DNA of 64,000 bases from Macrostomum hystrix (taxonomy: Eukaryota; Animalia; Platyhelminthes). A model generated the notes under the pieces. The model saw nothing but the letters and a program-made list of their open reading frames with translations. It had not been told where the DNA came from and searched no databases. This document shows positions 40,732 to 64,000 of this stretch, piece by piece. Position numbers and translations under genes: made by a program. The stretch's first letter is position 1. Each line of letters begins with the position of its first letter. Location: contig CATNEN010000038.1 of assembly GCA_950097015.1 (NCBI GenBank), forward strand, positions 6,758,001-6,822,000. Direction: 5' to 3'.

Positions 40732-43262
40732 ACTGGGTTAGCCAAGATTCAAACTCAGGTTTCGCCATGTTTTAAACCCTGCTGGGCTATGATTCAAACT
40801 CTCGTTTTACCATGATTCAGACTCTGGTTGACTATGATTCAAACCGTGGTTTGGCCATGATTCAAACTCTGGTTTAGCCATGATTCAAACGCTGTTTTTG
40901 CAATGATTCAAACTCTGGTTTAGCCATGATTCAGACTCTAGTTTAGCCATGATTCAGACTCTAGTTTAGCCATGATTCAAACTCTGGTTTAGCCATGATT
41001 CAAACTCTGGTTAGCTATGATTCAAACTCTGGATTCACCTTGATTTAAATTTAGCCATGATTCAGACTCTGGTTTAGCCATGATTCAAACGTTGGTTTAG
41101 CCATGATTCAAACCTTGGTTTAGCCATGATTCAAACTCTGGTTTAGCCATGATTTTAACTTTAGTTTAGCCATGATTCAGACGCTGTGATGATTCAAAGT
41201 CTGCTTTAGCCATGATTCAAACTCTGTTTTAGCCATGATTTAAACTCTGGTGTAGCCATGATTCAGACGCTGGTTTAGCCATGATTCAAACTCTGGTTAG
41301 CTATGATTCAAACTCTGGTTTCGCCTTGATTCAAACTCTGGTTTTGCCATGATTCAAACTCTGGTTTAGCCATGATTCAAACTCTGGTTTAGCCATGATT
41401 CAAACTCTGGTTAGCTATGATTTAAACTCTGGATTCGCCTTGATTTAAATTTAGCCATGATTCAGACTCTGGGTTAGCCATGATTCAAACGTTGGTTTAG
41501 CCATGATTCAAACCTTGGTTTAGCAATGATTTTGAATCATCCTTCAAACTCTGGGTTAGCCATGATTCAAACGCTGGTTTAGCCATGATTCCAACTCTGG
41601 TTTAGCCATGATTTAAGCTCTGGTTTAGCCATGATTCAAGCTCTGGTTTAGCCATGATTCTAACGCTGGTTTAGCCATGATTCTAACGCTGGTTTAGCCA
41701 TGATTCAAACTCTGGTTTAGCCATGATTTAAGCTCTGGTTTAGCCATGATTCAAGCTCTGGTTTAGCCATGATTCAAACTCTGGTTTAGCCATGATTCAA
41801 ACTCTGGTTTAGCCATGATTCTAACGCTGGTTTAGCCATGATTGAAACTCTGGTTAGCCATGATTCAAACTCTGGTTTAGCCATGATTCAGACTCCGGTT
41901 GACTATGATTTAGACTCCGGTTGACTATGATTCAAACTCTGGTTTAGCCATGATTCAAGCTCTGGTTTAGCCATGATTCAAACTCTGGTTTAGCCATGAT
42001 TTAAACTCTGGTTTAGCCATGATTCATACTCTGGTTTAGCCATGATTTAAGCTCTGGTTTAGCCATGATTCAAGCTCTGGTTTAGCCATGATTCAAGCTC
42101 TGGTTTAGCCATGATTCAAACTCTAGTTTAGCCATGATTCAAACTCTGGTTTAGCCATGATTCAAACTCTGGTTTAGCCATGATTCAAACTCTGGTTTAG
42201 CCATGATTCTAACGCTGGTTTAGCCATGATTCTAACGCTGGTTTAGCCATGATTCAAACTCTGGTTTAGCCATGATTCAAGCTTTGGTTTAGCCATGATT
42301 CAAGCTCTGGTTTAGCCATGATTCAAACTCTGGTTTAGCCATGATTCAAACTCTGGTTAGCTATGATTCAAACTCTGGTTTAGCAATGATTCAAACTCTG
42401 GTTTAGCCATGATTCAGACTCTGGTTTAACCATGATTCAAACTCTGGTTTGCCATGATTCAAGCTCTGGTTTAGCCATGATTCAAACTCTAGTTTAGCCA
42501 TGATTTAAACTCTGGTTTAGCCATGATTCAAACGCTGGTTTTGCCATGATTCAAACTCTGGTTTTGCCATGATTCAAACTCTGGTTTAGCCATGATTCTA
42601 ACTCTGGTTTAGCCATGATCCAAACTCTGGTTTAGCCATGATTCAGACGGTGGTTTAGCCATGATTCAAACTCTCGTTTAGCCATGATTCAAACTCTGGT
42701 TTAGCCATGATTCAAACTCTGGTTTAGCCATGATTCAAACTCTGGTTTAGCCACGATTCAAACTCTGGTTTAGCCATGATTCAAACTCTTGTTTAGCCAT
42801 GATTCAAACTCTGCATTAGCCATGATTCAAACTATGGTTTAGCCATGATTCAAACTCCGGTTTAGCCATGATTCAAGCTCTGGTTTAGCTTGAACTCTGG
42901 CTGGCTATGATTCAAGCCATAGTTTAGCCATGATTCAAACTCTGGTTTAGCCATGATTCAAACTCCGGTTTAGCCATGATTCAAGCTCTGGTTTAGCTTG
43001 AACTCTGGCTGGCTATGATTCAAGCCATAGTTTAGCCATGATTCAAACGCTGGTTTAGCCATGATTCAAACTCTTGTTTAGCCATGATTCAAACTCTGCA
43101 TTAGCCATGATTCAAACTCTGGTTTAGCCATGATTCAAACGCTGGTTTAGCCATGATTCAAACGCTGGGTTAGCCATGATTCAAACTCTTGTTTAGCCAT
43201 GATTCAAACTCTGGTTTAGCCATGATTCAAACTCTGCTTTTGCCATGATTTAAACTCTGGTT
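40732..43262. repeat. Minisatellite B, ~23-bp unit GTTTAGCCATGATTCAAACTCTG
   Basis: Tandem array inside Helitron copy 1. Confidence 0.95.
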
Positions 43263-43874
43263 TGCTTTGAAAGATGATATTTTATTTACGAAATGAAAAA
43301 AATAAATTTAAATAATCTTCAGTCACTACTGGCTGAAAATTAGTCTAAATTTTTTGACGCAGTGCAGAATCGAACCCTAGCCTAGCCTAAACTATTCCTA
43401 GTGCCTACACATCGGCTATCGGCTATTCCGACTGTTGGTTAGTGGGTGCAAAAATCAGCCTTATAAAATGAATTCTTAAAGTTCTGGCTTTGTACAATGA
43501 AGTAAGAAAATAGAGTACACTCAGTCTCGCGGTTTGTTGTGTACATTTATTTCCAATTTGTCTCCAGAGTGCAGGCTTTTAACTCAGTCAGCTAGTGGGT
43601 GTTGTGCAAGTTGATGATGCAATTCTAACTCAGTGGCAGTCAGTGAATGAAATTCTCAATAGGCCAAGATAGTTTGACCTTTGAAATGGTCAAAAAACAT
43701 GTTTTTCGAATATTTAATCCCCTTAGCAATAAAGTTAAGCTTAATAAAAATACGTGTATAATTGTCCCCATATTTGGCATCTTTTGGTGAAGAAATGGTG
43801 AAAATCGGTTGAGCCGTTCGGGAGAAAATCAATTACAACCAACCAAGCAAGCATTTCATTTTTAGTATATTAGA

Positions 43875-46635
43875 CTAGCAAGTTTTGCCCCCCTTTGGGG
43901 AGCAGAAATATTTTTAATTCGTCTAGTATATACATTTTAGCAGCTGAATTTACAGCTTTTTAAAGCTACAATGATCCCCCAGTTGACAATGATCAACCAG
44001 TTGACAATGATCCCCCAGTTGACAATGATCCCCCAGTCGACAATGATTCCCCAGTTGACAATGATCCCCTAATTGATGATGATCACCCAGTTGACAATGA
44101 TCCCCCACTTGACAAAGATCCCATAGTTGACAATGAACCCCCAGTTGACAAGGATCCCCCAGTTGATGATGACTCTCCATTGATGATGATCCCCAGTTGA
44201 CAATGATCCCACAGTTGACAATGATCCCCCAGTTGACAATGATCCCCTAGTTCACAATGATCCCCCAGATGATGATGATCCCCCAGTTGATGATGATCCC
44301 CCAGTTTACAATGATCCCCCAGTTGACATTGATCCCCCAGTTTACAATGATCCCACAGTTGATGATGATCACCCAGTTGACAATTATCTCCCAGTTGACT
44401 ATGATCCCCCATTGATGATGATCCCCAGTTGACAATGTTACCCCCTAGTTGACAATGATCCCGCAGTTGATGATGATCACCCATTTGACAATGATCCCCA
44501 GTTGACGATTATCCCCCAGTTCTGGTTTAGCCATGATTCAAACTCTTGTTTAGCCATGATTCAAACTCTGTTTTAGCCATGATTCAAATTCAAACAAAAA
44601 ATCTTGTGCAATGCAGAAGGACAAAACACACCTGAAAGCAAACAAAAACGAAAACCTATTTCGTCAGTAATAATTTCCCTGATTGCGAATATATGTGATT
44701 GCGAATCAAAGAGAATTTGAATTCTCACTAAATACAAAAATAGTCAGTCTGAGCTTGAATACATTCTGAGACATCCGGTCAGTACACCAAGAGCCCCATT
44801 GGGGCAAAAATAACCCAAGTAACTTACGTTTGATACAACTCAGCTTAATGCTACTGAGGTACATGTGAATACTATCCCCTCAGCAGTAAAAAACCAATGT
44901 CCCACAAGCAGCAGAGAACTAATGTCCCCTCAGTAGCAAATAACTTATTTCCCTCCAGCAGCAGAGAACTAATTCCCCCAGCAGCAGAGAACTAATTCCC
45001 CCAGCAGCAGAGAACTAATTCCCCCAGCAGCAGAGAACTAATTTCCCGAGCAGCAGAGAACTAATTCCCCCAGCAGCAGAGAACTAATTCCCCCAGCAGC
45101 AGAGAACTAATTTCCCGAGCAGCAGAGAACTAATTCCCCCAGCAGCAGAGAACTAATTCCCCCAGCAGCAGAGAACTAATATCCCCAGCAGCAGAGAACT
45201 AATTCCCCCAGCATCAGAGAACTAATTCCCCCAGCAGCAGAGAACTAATTCCCCCAGCAGCAGAGAACTAATTCCCCCAGCAGCAGAGAACTAATTCCCC
45301 CAGCAGCAGAGAACTAATTCCCCCAGCAGCAGAGAACTAATTCCCCCAGCAGCAGAGAACTAATGTTCTCCAAACAGAAGAGAACCTCCATAATACCAGA
45401 ATGGAGGCTACTTGCAGGCTACCAAACTCGCAGCAAGAAATGTTTGCCCTTTTTCTTTGACAGGAAACCATTGCCCCCAAATATCTCCTGTTACATCTCC
45501 TGTTACATGTGGCACGGTAGATACATTTAGAAAACTGTTAAACACATTTAGAAAATCGTTGGACACATTTAGAAAATCGTTGAGCACTTTAGAAAACGGT
45601 TTCGATCAGTGTTCGTCGAATAAAGTTTTATAATTATTATTATTAAATAAGCTATTTTTTTGATCGAATAACGCTTAAAACAATGCTAAAAAAATTTGAA
45701 ATAATTTACGCTCTTAGCTGGGCTCAATATTTTTTTCTTGCATTTCTCAATTGTGATAACGCCTGCAGCTATGCACAAAAATATTTCCTTAGATTTATTA
45801 TCGAATTCCCGATACTCGAAAAAACTATTTTCTGAAAGGGAGTACAGGAATAATAAAGCTAACAAATATCTGCTTCGACAGTAGCTAACCAAAAGCGCTT
45901 ACTATTTATACTCGAACCAAAAATGCCCAAAAAATACTAATAAATAGGAACTTACGTTTTTAACTGCTGATGTTTAGAAGATTAGAATAAAAAGAAGCAG
46001 TAACAAAACCGATGCTGAAATTCTACCTGCATTCTACAAAAGCATTAAAGTACTTTACTTCGGAGCTAGATGAAAAGAAAGCGGCACAATGATCGAAGTC
46101 GAGACAAGGTTTGACAATAGAAAGGCTGCAGTTTTATGGATAGAAAGGAGGAGGAGAGGTCTCGCTAGCATTGAGCATCATAAAAGCCCAATCATGAAAT
46201 CTGCTATGTACGGTTTGCGTATTTAAATCAAATCACTCGATCAGCCAAGAGACAAATTTATAAACGTACGTACGGGTCGAAAAGCAGTGACGCAACCCTA
46301 TTCAATTGAGAGTATCGGGCCCTGTTCTGTGCTATACCAATGCACGCGCGGGCGAGAAAAAGCACCGATGCAATCTAATAAAGCTGACAGTGTCCGGCCC
46401 TATTCTAATTTAACCTTGTTTGGCCTCCTATTGAAAGCAATAGGAAAACTCGTTTTTCGAATATTTAATATTGTTAGCGTTGAAGCAGACTAACGAAATT
46501 TTCAAGGTCTCATGCCAGTATAATTTGGCATGTTTAGCAAAAAACGCGATCAAATTTGGTTGAGGCATTTAGCCTGTGTATCGAAATTCCACAGACAGAC
46601 AGACAGACAGACTTTAGAGATTTAGTATAGTTGGA
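43875..46635 (-). mobile_element. Second Helitron copy in tandem (3' end certain, 5' end at 46635 tentative)
   Basis: 43875-43970 is a near-identical copy of 39760-39855 (hairpin plus CTAG), followed by arrays A (43968-44520) and B (44520-44590). A Helitron-type 5' end A|TCCAACTATACTAAA plus (GTCT)n lies at 46635. Confidence 0.6.
44905..45365. repeat. Minisatellite, 23-bp unit CAGCAGCAGAGAACTAATTCCCC
   Basis: Tandem array directly visible. Confidence 0.95.
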
Positions 46636-47169
46636 TATTTAAACTAAATAATTATTTCACGTCACATATATAGTACGCTTACATGAATAAATGCCCAGAA
46701 GCTCATGCATATTGATTAATTGTGCAGTAAGTTTTTCAGTACGGCACATCGTACTTTTGTACACAGCAGGGCGTGCAATTAAGTATGAATGAACAGGATT
46801 GATCATGTCTAAATACTCATGGATTATGCTAATATGAAATATGAATCCGTTTAATTGACTTCATCGAAAATTGAGGTACCAGTTTGCAAAATATACTACT
46901 GACAATCTGACTAGGAATGAACTTGGTTGCTTCGCTATTCTATGCTCGTAATTATTCAAACCTACTGTTATAAATATAAATAAATTAACTCTGGACTATT
47001 TAGTTTTTACAATTAATTATTTTAGCATTTTGTTATTTTCTTCTATGTTTAGAGTAATTTTAAACCTAAATCTTTCTTCGAAATAAAAAGTTTATGTACG
47101 TGCTGTACTTAACATTCTTTGTTTAGGATAAGGATAACTTAGGTGAGGAATTACAAATTCCGAATTAGG

Positions 47170-63774
<16,605 letters not shown>

Positions 63775-64000
63775 AACTAATTTTTAAACAAATGTTTTAA
63801 ATGATTTATACCTAGTAACTTTAGTTGCAGGCTTGGATGATAAACGCGGCTTGTCTGCTGCTAACACTGGGCTTCAATTTTTTGCTAATCAGATAACTCA
63901 ATGCTTTCTAACATGCCTATTTATATTTTTCTCATAACCATTGCACACTACTAATATATTCTATATCAGTAGTCTAATGCTGAAGACAATTGTATTTTTA

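Larger units (their letters stand above)
39760..43874 (-). mobile_element. Non-autonomous Helitron carrying two minisatellite arrays (copy 1)
   Basis: Minus-strand 5' end TCTAATATACTAAAAATG...AACGGCTCAACCGATTTTCACC at 43874; 3' hairpin GCTCCCCGAAGGGGGGC then CTAG|T at 39763-39759. Confidence 0.8.

Overview
Intron-rich animal genomic DNA. GC-rich exons, AT-rich introns and many unrelated minisatellite arrays suggest a free-living flatworm such as Macrostomum (inference, not verified). Spliced gene models read by hand: two small 4-TM proteins; an uncharacterised 434-aa protein with a duplicated ~90-aa module; a neuropeptide prohormone; a TRAF (TRAF4-like); MAPKAPK2/3; a CDYL-like chromo-crotonase protein; TMEM245; and an IPMK-like inositol phosphate kinase nested on the same strand in a TMEM245 intron. 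Mobile DNA includes tRNA-derived SINEs, Helitrons, a hAT MITE (8-bp TSD) and a MULE-type MITE (9-bp TSD). Most long ORFs in the track are minisatellite artefacts. Main leads: (1) sharply bounded CpG-free domains just inside the 5' ends of housekeeping genes, with a MITE whose two TIR arms record CpG-to-TpG/CpA decay, consistent with 5'-restricted germline gene-body methylation; (2) the CDYL carries an extra SAMD1/KAT6-like winged-helix domain, a fold known to read unmethylated CpG; (3) a head-to-tail Helitron junction (CTAG|TC) in elements loaded with minisatellites; (4) the nested IPMK has no in-frame AUG ahead of its kinase domain.
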